A stretch of 64,000 nucleotides of DNA from Trichoplax adhaerens (GCF_000150275.1 NW_002060943.1:3554008-3618007), one strand, 5' to 3'. Shown: positions 1 through 14,700, counted from the stretch's first letter. Program-made: numbers and translations. The notes: generated from the letters alone by a model not told the origin.

Positions 1-1523
1 TATAGTGCCTATAACTGTGAGATTTTATTTGTGCGATCATAAAACTATGACTAATTACTTGTTTTGCCTTTCAAGCATCAAAAATGGAACGATACACTGA
101 TTGAATGGATTTATTTTTTAGCCCTGTAATCAACTCCCTGCCAATGTTGATGAATTACTAATGATTTACTTACATTTTATACGAGTCTACTTTAACAGCA
201 AATATGATAATGTATATGTTTTATTGAGTTATATTTCATGTGGATACAATCGAACAGTATATAAATGGTGTCTATTACAAAAAGGATTACATTTAGTCGA
301 ATTTCTCATGATATTGTTTTACTTCTACCTTATGAACGTGTACGAACGTAATTTAGCAGTAAAGACGATACTGTATATATATTAATAATTTATTTAACTT
401 CTACTAACTTGTAGCTGAGACGATGCATATTTATGATTAAACCAAGCTAGGCGGGCTTCTAGTTAAAGTATGATTGTTATAGTGACGGTATTCTTTGGCC
501 ATTAAACTTCCATTCTTGTTAAGCTTAATAAAACTATTTTCTACTTCGTGCTATTAGCGTTAATAGATTAGTAAAGATTGCCCCGGCCGAAAAGAAATTA
601 ATTTCATTACTACCTTTATCCAATGCTACTATTAAAACAAGGAGGAAATAATTTTAATTCTCGAAAGTGACTGTCTTCGATCGATACTAAATTTTTAGAC
701 TTATTACACAAATTTTGATTTTGTGATTGCGCATTAATAAAAATGACGGAAAAATTTAAACGATGGTGGAAATAAAATGCAACGACAGGAATACTCTTCA
801 TAAGGGCTCTGATCATATTTCTTGAGCGTTTTCGAGCAGAAAGCGTTATCAATTACTGTATATGAGCGTATTATTTGTTGATACTAACGGCCGTAAAATC
901 ATTATAAGAGTGTCCATGCCATTGCACATCCAGGGCTACCTAGCTACCTTAGAAATATAAAATTTGTGTAATTGAATATTACTTTCAAAATTTAAATTAT
1001 CTCAAATAGGATTAACCGCAGCAAATGATCTGTTCACTGGGATCAATCATAAAACTCTATTATAATTGCTACATTAAGGCTATTTTATTCAATATAAAGG
1101 TGATATTATCAGACCGATATTGTCTCTGGATTAGTATAGTATCTTGTTGGCTCGAGTGATGATGTTTAGAAATTAACTTGAGCACAGTATTAGCAGAAAA
1201 TAATCGAGCCCGTATATCGTTAGGGCATGATCCATTATGATCCCTTTCGCCACATAAATTGTCTATAAAACTTTTCTTAGAAGCTGTAGAGATTTACTTC
1301 TAATAAGCGCTCTAGTATTGAGTATTATTCATGTATCAAAGGTGGCGCACATATAGTTAATTAGAACTAGAACATAGTACGTGACATTATGGTAGCTTCT
1401 GGAATGGTTGTTGTTTTATTGAGTTCATTAATAATAAAATAAATAGAATTGCATTGATGCTGTCTAAATCTATAATTTATTCACATAGATGCTAGGAAAT
1501 GATCAAATAAATTTCAAGCAGAG

Positions 1524-1562
1524 GAACTAAAATTAGAACTAAAATTAGAACTAAAATTAGAA
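1524..1562. repeat. 12-bp tandem repeat (GAACTAAAATTA)x3
   Basis: Three exact copies at 1524, 1536 and 1548. Confidence 0.9.
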
Positions 1563-3736
1563 TAATAATTACGTTAATGAAAGTATGCTTTTTTTTCAGT
1601 AAAATTTCCATTTCCTCCAAATTTATAGCGCTTTCTATAATCATATCATAAGCAAGATCGAGGCAATACTTTATGTTGATATAAAAGTTAATTTAATTGC
1701 ATTAAATGCTTTAATTTTAGTTTCAACAAATTACGGCCTTTATGTAATGATATATAAAATAGGCAATAAAATACTTTGAACATAATGTTGGCTACAAGAT
1801 AGGTTTTATAAGAATAAAAAAGGAACAATGCGATGAATACGTAAAGATGCACCAAAATATTGTCTAATAACATGATATTAAAAAATTAAATGGATAATTT
1901 TCTTCACAACGATTTTATTCGTTTTTCTAGCAATCTTATCTTATAAAAGCAACATATAAAATACATCATCGAACATTTTACTGAAACTATCTACAATAGG
2001 TTTTCCAGATACTTTTTCCATTTTTCCTAACTAGAACATCTTATAAAGTACATCATTGAACATTTTAATGAAGCTATCTATATTTAATTTTTCTAAAATC
2101 TTTTTGTTTCACTTTTTTCCAAAAATAACATTTCTTAAAAAATAACAAATAAAATGAATACTAAGGTATTTAAATTGAGTTTACCGTATATCTTTTCGAT
2201 TTACTGACAGGAGCGCCTTCTAAAAAATAATAAACAAAGCTGAATACGATTCTATCGTACATTCATGGAATTATATTTACCGTAAGTTCTTTATATCCCT
2301 TTCATTTCTTAAAATGCCCCTCCAAAAAATAAAATGAATTTAACCAGATTTTTGATTATTAAGTATCTCCATTGTAAATTTTCTGCATGCGTTCTGTATT
2401 CTCTTCATGAATCATTGTAGCATATAGTCAAAATTCTCTGAAGTTTTGAAATTGATTCATGACTTCATTAATGAGTATTGTCAGGGATGGAAATTAATTG
2501 TTAACATAGATGGATACATTGACATAAAGTATTCTGCTTAGAATTTGTTTCAGCAGTGCTTTTCTAAACACTGGCTTTTACATAAAATCGATGCCGGCAA
2601 ATAGCCCCTACCTATCATTTGTATAGACCCTTTGTAGCGCTGTGAGTTTATTACTTGAGTTAAATTCTTAATTACGTATGGAATTACTAATATGAAATAC
2701 CGTAGGCTATAATACTTGCGTAGTTCAATGCGATTAGTTGCTCGTGCCCCGGCAGAATATGGTAATTCAATACCCGTACTTATATAGTTTGTTATAAATA
2801 CAGTTGCGGTTGGTTTTATTGTAATAAAGCTTAATTCGGGTTTTAAATTCAGATAGTCTGATTTATTGAGGACCCTTATGAATGATTCACTACACCCTTG
2901 TAAGAACAATAAGCCTTCGTGCTGGTAAAGAATGATCATTAATCGATATATATATATTACTCCATTTACCTTCCTAGGATGGGTCAAATTTATTTTATGA
3001 GTAGTTCTTTTATTTATCATTCATCTTTATGAGATTGATTAACACCAACTATTTACAAAGTGATAATTAATTGATTTATAAGTCTTTATTGGTAATATGA
3101 AGTGTATTTAAATAAAGCAGCACAAAGATTTATAAGAGTAATTAATTAATTGATGGCTTTGCTAGAAAACATAATTTACTATTACCATCAATTATGGATA
3201 AATGAATTAAATAATCTTCTTTTTACTGTAGAGAATTTATTTCCAGCCTTATAAAGGTTCCGATATATTGCAGTATTTGTTGTTCAAAATTACAACGGAT
3301 TACTGGTAAACTGATTAAATAATCTCTTTCCCGAGAGAAAATTGAAACTTAACCTTTGCTTATATCGTACAATAAAATATTTAATGTAAACTAATCCTTG
3401 TTCAAAAATTAAACTACATATACTCTTAATTCGGATTATGCAGGTATTTATATGAATGTAGCTAGCAGTTTAGAGAGGTGGGTTCGATGTTGACTCGTTG
3501 GATTCTACAAATGATTATAAAAAATTTTACTGCATTAAGTGCGATATATTTTACAAGGTCAATGTAATCATTTTTATAATAACCCCTTGTACTCCGGTCA
3601 AAATGGCAGTTGAGGTTAATTGACTTCAATACACGATTTATCAACATTTGTAACTCATTATGTGTTGCATTTATATCAAATTTAAATGCTGTACAATATT
3701 ATCCCTGTAAATATAAACAATAAACTAACTATCAAG

Positions 3737-4184
3737 AGTATGATATTTAGTAATTTAATTAAAAATAACAAAAATATGTACTATCTCTATTCAAAACTTT
3801 ATTATGAGCTGCAATTATGATACTGAATATGATATTTAATACTTAAATTAAAAATACTAAGTTTACGTATCTATCTCTGCTCAAAAATCTATTACAAGCT
3901 ACGATACGATACCGAGTATATTATTTAGTAATTTAATTAAATACACTAAATATATATATATATCTATCTCTGCTCAAAGCTCTAGCATGAGCTACGATTA
4001 CGATACCGGGTATGATATTTAGTCATTTAATTAAATATACTAAAAATTTGTATCTATTTCTGCTTAGCACTCTATTATAAGCTACAGTTACGATACTGAG
4101 TATGATATTTAGCAATTTAGTTAATATACTAAAAATATGTATCTGTCTCTGCTTAAAACTCTATTACAAGCTACGATTATGATA
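3737..4184. repeat. ~90-bp minisatellite, ~5 diverged copies
   Basis: Recurring GAGTATGATATTTAG...TATCTATCTCTGCTCAAAACTCTATTA...GCTACGATTACGATAC, with units starting near 3737, 3825, 3915, 4008 and 4098. Confidence 0.85.
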
Positions 4185-6289
4185 GCATCATAGGTTTGCA
4201 AGGAGGAATCTCATGAAGATTGTTATCGAAACTTATCTATGATTAGCAGATAGAGTAATCTACTGATGCAGACTGTTAGATATAAGTACAATATCAGGTT
4301 GTTAAAAAAGTTAGGAAAGAACTTGTTTATTGGCAATAATTTCATTTATCCTACTCTTTCTGATAAGCTAGTTGGAGCAATAGCACCTATGAGATCAATT
4401 TATTCTTTAGGAAGTAGTTTGCGTTCAATCCAATATTATCCATCAACTCAAAGAAAACCGAATGGTTGCTTAAATTATCCGATATTAAAATATGAGGTCA
4501 TTTATGTCGAGTAGAAATATGCCCGTTAAAATGGCTATTCGATGGAATGGTAAGTACCGGGAATATCTAAAATAGAGATTTAAATAATGACTTGAATCTT
4601 GGCTTCCTTTCAATAAAAGGAAAGAAGTTAACGCTCTAGCGCAAAATTCCACGATATTCATATCGAGCAGAGAAAAAACGTTATAAGTATACCCTCAAAT
4701 AAACGATTAATAAATTTTGAAAGCAGTCATTCAAGCAATAAATTGAAAACTCTTTCCTGACATGTATCCAACTGATACATTGATTATTTTATATAGCGCT
4801 AAAAGATGATGCAAGTGAAAAAAATTGCAATCAATTCATTCATAGAAGCATTTTACAACAGCGAATTACTAGTATGATGTTTACTTGCTATCTACTCTGG
4901 AGAAATTACTTTATCGTTCAATTTCATGAGCAGCTAGGAGTAAAGAAATGGGAAATTGAAATTGAATAGGCATGATTGGTATATATAACAATATATGTAT
5001 ATATATACTTCTCCAAAAGGTAATGGCTCAAAATGGAGATCATCAAGCCATAATAAAGAGTCCGCATTATTTCCAATACAAAATGTGTCCTACTTCTATA
5101 CATTGTAACGGTAGCTACGGTAAGTTTATTGACTGGCTATTTGATCTCTATGGCGTGAAAGAAATTTGATAATTCCGTTACTACTAGTATTATTGCAATT
5201 ATATCTTAGCTGTCTCTCTGATCTTAATGGCGTAAAAGAAACTTGATAACTCCACTATGACTAACATGATTGCCATTGTAAAGGGCTCATCAATAGAAAA
5301 TCAATCTATGCGATGAAAAGAAAAATTCTATGCCAATGACTCATTACGATGGCAACGACAGGCATATTTTCAAGTCAATAACTAATCCTGATGTAATGCA
5401 TCGAAATAAGAAAATAAATTTCTTGATTTCCTTATGTTCTTGTAACGCCCGAGGCTAATATCAAGTAGAATATATCTTGAAATAGCTACCATTACATACT
5501 CGATATTCCCTTGGAATAGTCGTATTCTATAACCGAGCTTGATTTAGTATAATTTAATATCCTGGGTTGCGAAGAGAATCAATAGCCATGATGTGAATGT
5601 TAAACATCATTTCTTGTCTAGATTTGTACTTTGCTACCGAAACATTTTAATGTGTAAATAGAATTTTCTAGCTCTATGACAGGTATTGTTTATCTATTCT
5701 AAGTATTTAATAGAGGATATAATTGCTCTAGAATACCTATTTGAATTTTCTATCAATAGACAGGATTCATTCTATTCCATATACAAATACAGAGCAATGA
5801 ATTGAAATCGTTTTTTTTCAGTAAACCAATTAAATTGATTGATTAAATTGTTTTTGACATTTTCTATATAGCTCACGATCTGATAGATTCTTTATAAGTC
5901 AATATCAATACGTTAGATAATTATTTCAACTTTTTTTCCTATATCTTGAACTTGATGTGGTTGATTTATTGCACATTTGCAAGTTGCTTATGACTAGTGG
6001 CTTATCCATTTTACAAGCGAAGCAAGCATAACTCGTTTTTCATTGGAATATTAAAGTAAGTTAATTTACATGGATTAAAAGGTCTCATGTTTGTTGAATG
6101 CTTGTTTGCCTTGCTTTAATTTAGTTAATAGCATCGATAGAGGATTATTATTTAAAGGATTTATTCTGAATGGGAATAGTAAAAATCCAGATAATGTCTA
6201 TGGTAAATATTGGAGGTGTTTAGTTTTCGCTAGCTTTAGAAAATTGAACCCGACAAATAGATCTTTCTGTATATTCCAAAGACGATAAA

Positions 6290-7900
6290 GACAAATCGAA
6301 AAAGAAAACTCATCATGACTGATCTATTCACTGCCAAGTTGAACGGTCTAATGGATATATTTTCAACTGTTGTATCGCACTTTTTTTGCAAGAGAGGAAG
6401 TTTACATACAATCGATATACAATTGAAGAAATGGATTAGCTTTATTAGAGTAGCGTTAGCAATGAATAGAATCCAATTATTTCATCAGGAATAATTTAAG
6501 GGCAAAATTGAGAAGGAAAACTCATCATTTAGTTTCATAACATTATGCTATTGAATATTATTACTGTAGCGTTAGCGATAAATTGGATCCAATTATCCCA
6601 TCAGAGTAATTTTAAAGCAAAATTGAGAAAGAAAACTCATCTATAGATTTTATAACATCATTCTATAGAACGTTACTAATGTAGCATTATCAACAAATTG
6701 GATATTATTATTCTCTTGGGGTAATTTTAGGAAATATTAAGGAAGAAAACTCATCATTTATTTTCTTAAAATCGTTCCACTGAATACTGTTAGAGTAGCG
6801 TTAGCAATAAATTTGATCCAATTATTCCATCGGAGTCAATTTAAGGCAAAATTGAGAAAGAAAACTCATCTATAAACTTCATAATATAATTTTATTGAAA
6901 GCTGTTAGAGTAGCGCTAGCAACGAATTGGGATATAATTATTCTGTCGGAGTAATTTTGAGGCAAATTGAGAATGAAAATTAACTATTTAGTTTCATAGC
7001 ATTGTTACATTGAATATTGTTAGTATAGCGTTAGCAATAAATTCGATGCATTTATTCTATCACAGTAATTTTAAGGCAAAATTGAGAAAGAAAACAGATT
7101 GGTTTTTGTTTCTTGAGGAAAAGTAAATCAATGAATGTTGAAACAAATTACATTAAAAAGAACATAATATTACCAACGAACTGGATGAAAACTAACTATT
7201 TCCTTTCATAACATCGATTCATTAAACATCATTAGTGTAGTGTTGATAATCAATTTCGATCAAATTGTTTCATCGGCCTATCGGAGTTTAGCAAAATTGA
7301 GAAAGTAAATGGATTATTTACTTGCTAATTAAAAGTATATCAATGCAGTATTGAAAATAGATTACCTTAAAAGAACGTACTACAACGTTAGCAACAATTT
7401 GATGTAATTATTTCACTAGAACGAGGCCCATTGAAGGCTTAAAATGAATTATTATGTTTCTAGATCAAGATGTTATGAAATGGCAATAGATTGTTTTAAA
7501 AGAATATAAGTTAGTGTTAGTAACAAGTTTGATCAAATTATATCTTCAGAGTAAGGCAAAATGATGAAAGAAAACTGATCGTTTTATTTGCTAATTGAAA
7601 ATTGATTAATGCACTATTGAAAAAGGGAAGAGATTACCTTAATTCAAGAAATAAGATAGTGTTAGCAACGAGTTAAACCAAATTATTTCATCGAAATAAG
7701 ACAGAATTAAGAAAACTGGTCATTTAATTCCCTAATTGAAAGTAGATCAATGTAGTATTGAAATGATTAAGTTAAAAGACCACAAAGTAACATTGACTAT
7801 GAAAATGATGAAATAAATTATTTTCATCGTAGTGAAACAAAATGGAGAAAGAAAATAGGTCATTTTATTTTCTAATTCAAGGTTGATCTAAGCAGTATTG
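6290..7900. repeat. ~115-120 bp degenerate tandem repeat array (>10 copies)
   Basis: Recurring GTAGCGTTAGCAA..AATTGGATCCAATTAT and GCAAAATTGAGAAAGAAAACTCATC blocks (e.g. near 6450, 6567, 6795, 6910, 7026). Copies degrade towards 7900 and the edges are approximate. Confidence 0.8.
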
Positions 7901-8389
7901 AGAATAGAATGCTTTAAGAGAATTTTATTATTCATTTGAACTATTTTAATATTCAGTCGTGTTTGATTTGAACAGTCTTGAAAAAGAACATTTCTTACAG
8001 AAGAAAATTAATCATAGAGGTAAAAAGTCTTATTAGCCAGCAACTCTAATTAATTATCTTTAGAGCATAAGTGACGGCCATTGATTTAGGCTGTTACAGT
8101 CTTGTGAAATGACTGCAATACATATGTCGAAATTGTCTATAGCAGTAAAATCTTTATTCGCAACAAATTGTACCTGCCTAAAGATAAAGGTAAATCTATA
8201 TATATATATTGCAATGAGAAATAATTAAACAATAATAGTTGATAGCTGTAGCATTTCTTGATTTTACAACAGGAAATTTAATTATTATTTTAAAATGTTG
8301 TTAACAACAAAATCGATCTTATTATACAAATTTCATGAGTTGGATTCTACATCGACGTTGTCTTACCACCATGTAAAAAAATGTTTGCT

Positions 8390-8880
8390 CAAGTTAGCTT
8401 AATAACGAAGACCATCAATAACACCATGATGGCTCAATAGAAGTAGATTCGTTTTATTTTTTGCACTACATTAAACCAAAATAGCGAAAAGTATTATTTT
8501 AAGGCATTATTTCCTCCATGCTTAAGTTATCTTAATAACGAAGGAGACCAATAACCCTAGTATAAAGGTTCAACGGAAGTAGATTGGGTTCATTTTTCTG
8601 TTACATTAAACAAAATGGTGTAAAGTATTATTTTAACGCTCTACTCCCTGCATGATTAAGTTAACTAAATCACGAAAGCGGCAAACAGTACTGCTATGAA
8701 GGCGCAGTAGAAGTAGATTGGGTTCATTATTTTCGTTCTATTAAACAGAAATGGCGAAAAATATTATATTACGATTCTATTTCCTTCATGCTTAAGTAAC
8801 TTCATAACGAAGGAGACAAATAACACTACTATAAAGACTCAATAGAAGTAGATTCGGTTCATTTTATCCATTGCATTAGC
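8390..8880. repeat. ~135-bp tandem repeat, ~4 copies
   Basis: Recurring TAATAACGAAG(G)AGAC...TAGAAGTAGATT(C/G)G(G)TT..ATTTT near 8400, 8533, 8668 and 8803. Confidence 0.8.
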
Positions 8881-10569
8881 CTATAGTAGACCAACTCTAG
8901 ACTCCTTCTATAATTGCACGCGGTAGATTAACTCCAACTAAAAAATTGGATGGCTATGGATGGATTTCATAAAGTTTCACATTATAAAAATTGATTGACT
9001 TTGACATGCAGTAAAGTTGATTTCATGCTAGCACTTTCAAGTGTGAATGATTGTAGGCCAAGGCTTGAATTTGCTCCATTCCCATGACAGTCATTTCTTG
9101 CAAGTTCCGGATGATGATGGCGTTTTCGACAAGAATTCCAACGACAGACATGACAGAATTCTCTGATTGGTAATAGTTGACGTCATAGTTCCCTTGAGAT
9201 TTTCTAATCAAGGATAGAATATGATTACAAGCATCCATTTAGAAGCATTGCTCTTCAATGCTTAATTAGGATCGAATTTTACTAATGCGAAAATTTAGAG
9301 CGAAACATGACAGCTTTGATCGTATAAAGTTATTAGATATTGATTACAGGAAGTAAAAATGATTCTAATGTTCTTACACCGGGTGGGCAATCAGTTCAAA
9401 TGTCAATGATTTATTAATTATAGAGTTTACTAGCATTTCTCTCCTTACTTTAGGCTATTAGTACTAGTGCTAATGATTAATCAAAGAATTTATTGCTACA
9501 CTGATTCTCTTCTTACTCTAGACAATGGGTCCTTTGCTGAAAATTATTGCTTATAACGAGTTTATTAGTATTGCTCTTCTCGCTTTGCAGTTCGATAGTT
9601 TCTTAAACTAGCAAAATAACAAGTAGTTACCATTAGTTATGAAATCTGTGAATTTCCAAATCACTTAAGTTCTAGTGTTCTTGAAAACTAACTACGAATA
9701 TTGTAAAATTATAAGTGCTACAGTGATTTAGCAAATTTAGTGATTTTGGCAAAACTAGTAGCAACTGACATACCAACATATTAAAATTTCTAAATTATAA
9801 ACTATAAATCATCCACTCCTTGTTAGTGATGAAAAGATATCGTAGCAAAGTCTTATCATTGCAACCATTTGCTATTGATCTGAAACATCTTTCCTAGACA
9901 GAATTTCTCAGTGAAAATAGTACCTGATAGTCCACTGAAATTCCTAAATTACAAGCTGCAGTATCTTCAACATTGCTGACAACACCATTTTTGAAAGAAA
10001 ATCAAACGTAAATGTCATCGTTTTCAATAACGGGTCACATCTTTCCTCAATAGAATTTTCTTGAAGAGAAATAATCTATTGAAATTCCTAATTATAAGCC
10101 GTAGTATTATCTATTTTATTCGAAAAATAAGCTTTAGAAGAAAATGAACGAAATGATTAATAGGAGGCTGCTTCCTTAAGTAGAAATCTCTCTGTATCGA
10201 CAGCACTCGTAACAAGTTTATTATCTCATCGATATTTAGTCATTGCTCAATCATGATTTAAAATTGAATAGCAATTCCAATGCGACTTCTAACATCATTG
10301 CATTCAATATTTTTCCTTCATCTACTTTAGAAAGTCCTACAAGTGATTTAAGAACTCGGTAAGCGGCATTTTTAAATCAGCTATCGTCATGGCTCAAGCC
10401 GTGATTTAAAATTGAATTGCATTTTCAATGGCCACCTCGACCATAAACATATTCAATTTTTTCCTCCTTCTTCTTTAGAAAGTCCTAAGAGTGATTGAAA
10501 TTTGCGACAGCAATAGAATTAATAAACAAGCAAGATTCTCCCTTGGAATCATAAAACTACCTAACCAAC

Positions 10570-11709
10570 ATGGCTAGCATCATTTCAATAGATTACAATG
10601 ATTCCACCAATAATCCGTTATTATCCATGACCAATACTACTGATTCAACTACTGCTAGCATTCTTGCTTTAACTACAAGTACTGTTAGATCTTCGGCAAC
10701 AACAGTACCTACTACAATTGCAATAGCTGCGACTACAAATCCTCCACCATTAGATATGCGAACATTTATTGTCGTTGCTGTGATCAGTGTACTAGGGCTA
10801 TATTTAAATTTAGTGGCTACTATTGCACTATTTATCAAGCCGGCATTGAAAAAACATCCTTTCTATCAGTTTCTAGCTAGTATTGGAATTACAACTTTAC
10901 TCGCTATTATCAACCCAATTAGCGGATCACTTGTTCTATTTTTGAACTCGCGTGGAATTATCCCGTTGAATAATTTTTCAATCTATTCTCGAATTTTTAT
11001 CGTTGCACCTTCGTATTGCTCCTTTATCGTTACCATGCATACCTTAAATTGGATTGCTATTGAACGTTGTTATGAAAGCTTTAGGTATCCCAAGCGATTT
11101 AGCGATAAATATATTAAATTATTAATCGTACTAGCATGGATTATCGCGGTAGCTTTTACTGTACCTATTGCAATTTATACACATTGCACAAATCATACTG
11201 CTCCATGCAATACATATAATCATATCTTAACACCTCATAAGCCATTTTGGATATCCTTTCTAGCTTTAAATTACTTCATCCCTGTTTTATCCTTAGGTGT
11301 ATGTTATGCTATCTTGATGAAATTTCAATGTGGTAAAACTATTGTGGCTTCATTTGAGATATTAGAAAAGAAACGTGAAGAAAAGAAGTTTATTAAATTA
11401 TGCTTTTTGACTACATTAATTTACACTGCTTGTCTAACCCCTCGTTGTATCCTCATATTGACTTCGGTTACCTACCAAAATAAGCTAAATGCCTCTTCTG
11501 CTGGTATCATCGGTGCTGATCGAATTCTATCCATGCTGTATCTTATATTACTACCTTTGATCTATATCATATTTAATCAAGATATTCGACAAACTTATTG
11601 TCCATGTTGCCATCAAAGTGCTGTAATGCCAGATAATATTGAAGGTGATAACAACACAGCTTCTGAAAAAGCCATTGGAGTTCCTGAAAAAGACGATGAT
11701 TCTTTGTGA
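10570..11709 (+). CDS. Rhodopsin-like (class A) orphan GPCR, 379 aa, intronless CDS
   Basis: Seven hydrophobic segments. TM3 IAIERCY (DRY-like), TM4 W..A....P, TM5 YFIP......Y, TM6 CLTP, TM7 LPLIY followed by a helix-8-like FNQDIR and a CPCC palmitoylation cluster. The N-terminus is Ser/Thr-rich with NDS/NTT sequons. Confidence 0.9.
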   Translation: MASIISIDYNDSTNNPLLSMTNTTDSTTASILALTTSTVRSSATTVPTTIAIAATTNPPPLDMRTFIVVAVISVLGLYLNLVATIALFIKPALKKHPFYQFLASIGITTLLAIINPISGSLVLFLNSRGIIPLNNFSIYSRIFIVAPSYCSFIVTMHTLNWIAIERCYESFRYPKRFSDKYIKLLIVLAWIIAVAFTVPIAIYTHCTNHTAPCNTYNHILTPHKPFWISFLALNYFIPVLSLGVCYAILMKFQCGKTIVASFEILEKKREEKKFIKLCFLTTLIYTACLTPRCILILTSVTYQNKLNASSAGIIGADRILSMLYLILLPLIYIIFNQDIRQTYCPCCHQSAVMPDNIEGDNNTASEKAIGVPEKDDDSL

Positions 11710-14700
11710 TAGTCTCACTTTCGTCTTCCAACAAGAGAACCAGTAGTCGTAAGTCAAAAACCCCAAATACTCTTCTAATTTCTGTAAACTTTACTTCTAC
11801 ATGGTAATCATCTATTATGGATGATACTAATTGATTGGTAATCATGTGATAACGAATGAAGCATTATATCAATCGTTGCTCCAGTCCTGCATTTATTCCA
11901 GATTTGCTTTACCCTAATTCGCTACCGTAGTGTAATCATTAATTCAATAAATCCTGCCATTACGTATAATTTTCCGCTTTTCCTTAGTATTTTACTTTAT
12001 TTCACGTAGTATTAATGCATTGATTCTATATTAGCTTGAAATGGTCATGTTGATGTATAAATCCGAATGCTATTATAGACATACGTATAACATGGCGATT
12101 AATTATTAGAAGTAAAGTAAGATTTGGTTAAATAGCAAGTCTACATAAGATCATGTATTTGCTTATTATTTCAAGATCAATCATTATTCAGTGCTAAATA
12201 GCACGAATTGAATTGTAACATTACTGTAGTTTATAAATTTTGTTTAAGGATGGAAATATATTCTATGCTCCATATCTTATCTTGTCATGAATAATGCTTA
12301 GTTAAGTTTCAAATTGAATATTCTACGATTTCAATTGCGTTTTATACGCATAAAAATAATTTCATTGGATATTATCATAACTTTTCCCATGAAATTCTAG
12401 TAGCACAATCCAACACCCAATATAAATTTTATCATCGTTTACTCATTCAGCTAACGAATAAATAAATCTTAAATCAACCATCGATGATACAGATTGGCTG
12501 CAAATATAAAATAATCAACATGTTTTATCCAATTCTATTATTATTTCTATCTTCAAATTCCATTTACTTACATGTCATGCAAAGCAGCCATTTAATGTTG
12601 GAAAATATCAGCTTCTATTACGATTATGCCAGTGGATATAATATTAACTACTGCAATAAATAAGTATCTAATTATAAGATAAAATAATCAGCAAGTATAA
12701 GTTCCTTCGTTACTTATTCATTCTATTCTCCTTAATAAGAGATTGTCTACTTTCCATGCCTTACAATAGCAATGTTTTCTTAATTAATTAAAAATTATAT
12801 ATTTCACTGTTATCCGAAATCTATAATCTTGGCTTATCTTAGAGCTATGCATTTTACATGTTATAGGAAATAATAGGTATGCCTAATTTTAAGACATTCA
12901 TGATTTGTAAGCAAAGATTTCATAATCATGTATAGTATTTAATCGCTTAGCAGACCACTACGATAGCATTTAAATGTCATGATGAGAATCATGATTTGCA
13001 ATGGAACTAGTGTAAAGTTTAGAAATATATTGACTGATATCAGCTATAATCTTTCTAACGACAAGCTTAATTAGGCATGCTCTGGTCTTAAAATAAGATA
13101 TTACTCAATTAATACTACTTATTGAAGTATTAATAACATTGGTAGTAGATACAAAATTGATTTCAAGCGTAACTTTGCCTTCATGCAATAACTGAATAGA
13201 TTCTGTGTAAAGATTAATATTATTGATAACCCTGATGCCGACATTATTCTATCTATCATGCAGGCTAAAAACTAATTGTATCCAGAATATTATCTTCAAA
13301 GTTGTTATTTATATTCTTATCGGGTAATTATAATCGCTATTTACATATGTCGCAATAACTTCAAGAAGAGCTATCTTCAATCTACAAAGGATGTTAGATT
13401 TCATTTAATTAAGCTCGGATTAATAGCATAATTACTTACGATCATTAGCTATATCTTTATATCTTAATTTGACCGCAAATCTGATCATGAACTTATGTGT
13501 CATTCCTTCTCAAATACTGGCTCTAATTCATATAGCTATATATTTAATCGATAGCTTCTATTCAAATTAAACTTAAAATCTATATGCCTATTCAAATATT
13601 TTGTGGTTGAAGCATGACTTAACATCACTTTCAGTTTAGCAAAATTTCTTATTAATTTTTCATTAATATCGTAAATTAGTATTCATAAACCTGTTAAAAT
13701 GCTTACGATCAATTATGTACTCATACAACCAGCCAAATTCAGTTAAGTTAAATGGATAAAATAGTCGTACCAATGTCGCTAGATCACATATCTATCCCTG
13801 TAGTGACTCGATTCAAGTCAATGCTAGCCATAGTCCTTATAATTACAAATCATTCGTAATGTATAAGTAGTCCTGTTGAAAATAAGCCAAGTTCATAGCT
13901 AAATTAGACATAATCGATATCGAACCACAGAAGCTGAAAACGGTATATTGACTTCGTAGAAAGTAGTTAATAGACAATCATACAATTAAATTTATTAAGC
14001 TATGTATACCATCGGAATCTAGCTGTGATTGCATTTAAATTAAATAGACATTAACAATGTTGGGCGACAAAGACATTACTATGAACGAGTTGTCCTATAA
14101 ATTAAGTTAGCATGAGTTTTAGATGCCATTTAAACGGCAGTTTATGATATGTGGCTATAGAAAGCAATAATTAAGTTAAAAAGTTAGCTATATCTAGGCA
14201 AGCTTCTCACTTAAACTCTGTAACAATTTCTTTGCTAGAAGAAGCCTATTACACTTATATAAATAGTGAAAAAATGTTCATTGCTAAATATTGATATAGA
14301 AATGACGACTGTAATCTTCGGCGTTAGTTTGTTTTACGAGCAGTAATTGGCTGAATTAATGGATGGATTACAAGCTCGTATATTATACGTTTATATATCA
14401 GAGATACTGTAAATTATTTACCTGATGCAGGAGATCGCCATAAATGTTAATTAGGGTTTAAAAAATAGTCATTAATTGGTGCGATGGTAAGCTAAAGTCA
14501 TCATAGTTTACCCCGAATTTGCATTGTTTGAACTAAAGTAAAACCTAAGCGTAGATATTTGTTACAGCTAATGCTAAAATGTTTTAAACACGGAGGAAGG
14601 TTAGGTCATTATTTATAACAGCAAGTATTTATTTCAATTATGATTGTATTTGCACATAGCTGTTATAGCACAAGCTTAACCCTAGCGTTATTCGTAAGGT

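Noticed and set aside
161-9238. Short ORFs in the first 10 kb, including 2550-3020 (156 aa) and 9023-9238
   Set aside because: No recognisable domains, composition typical of AT-rich non-coding DNA, and no coherent exon chain.
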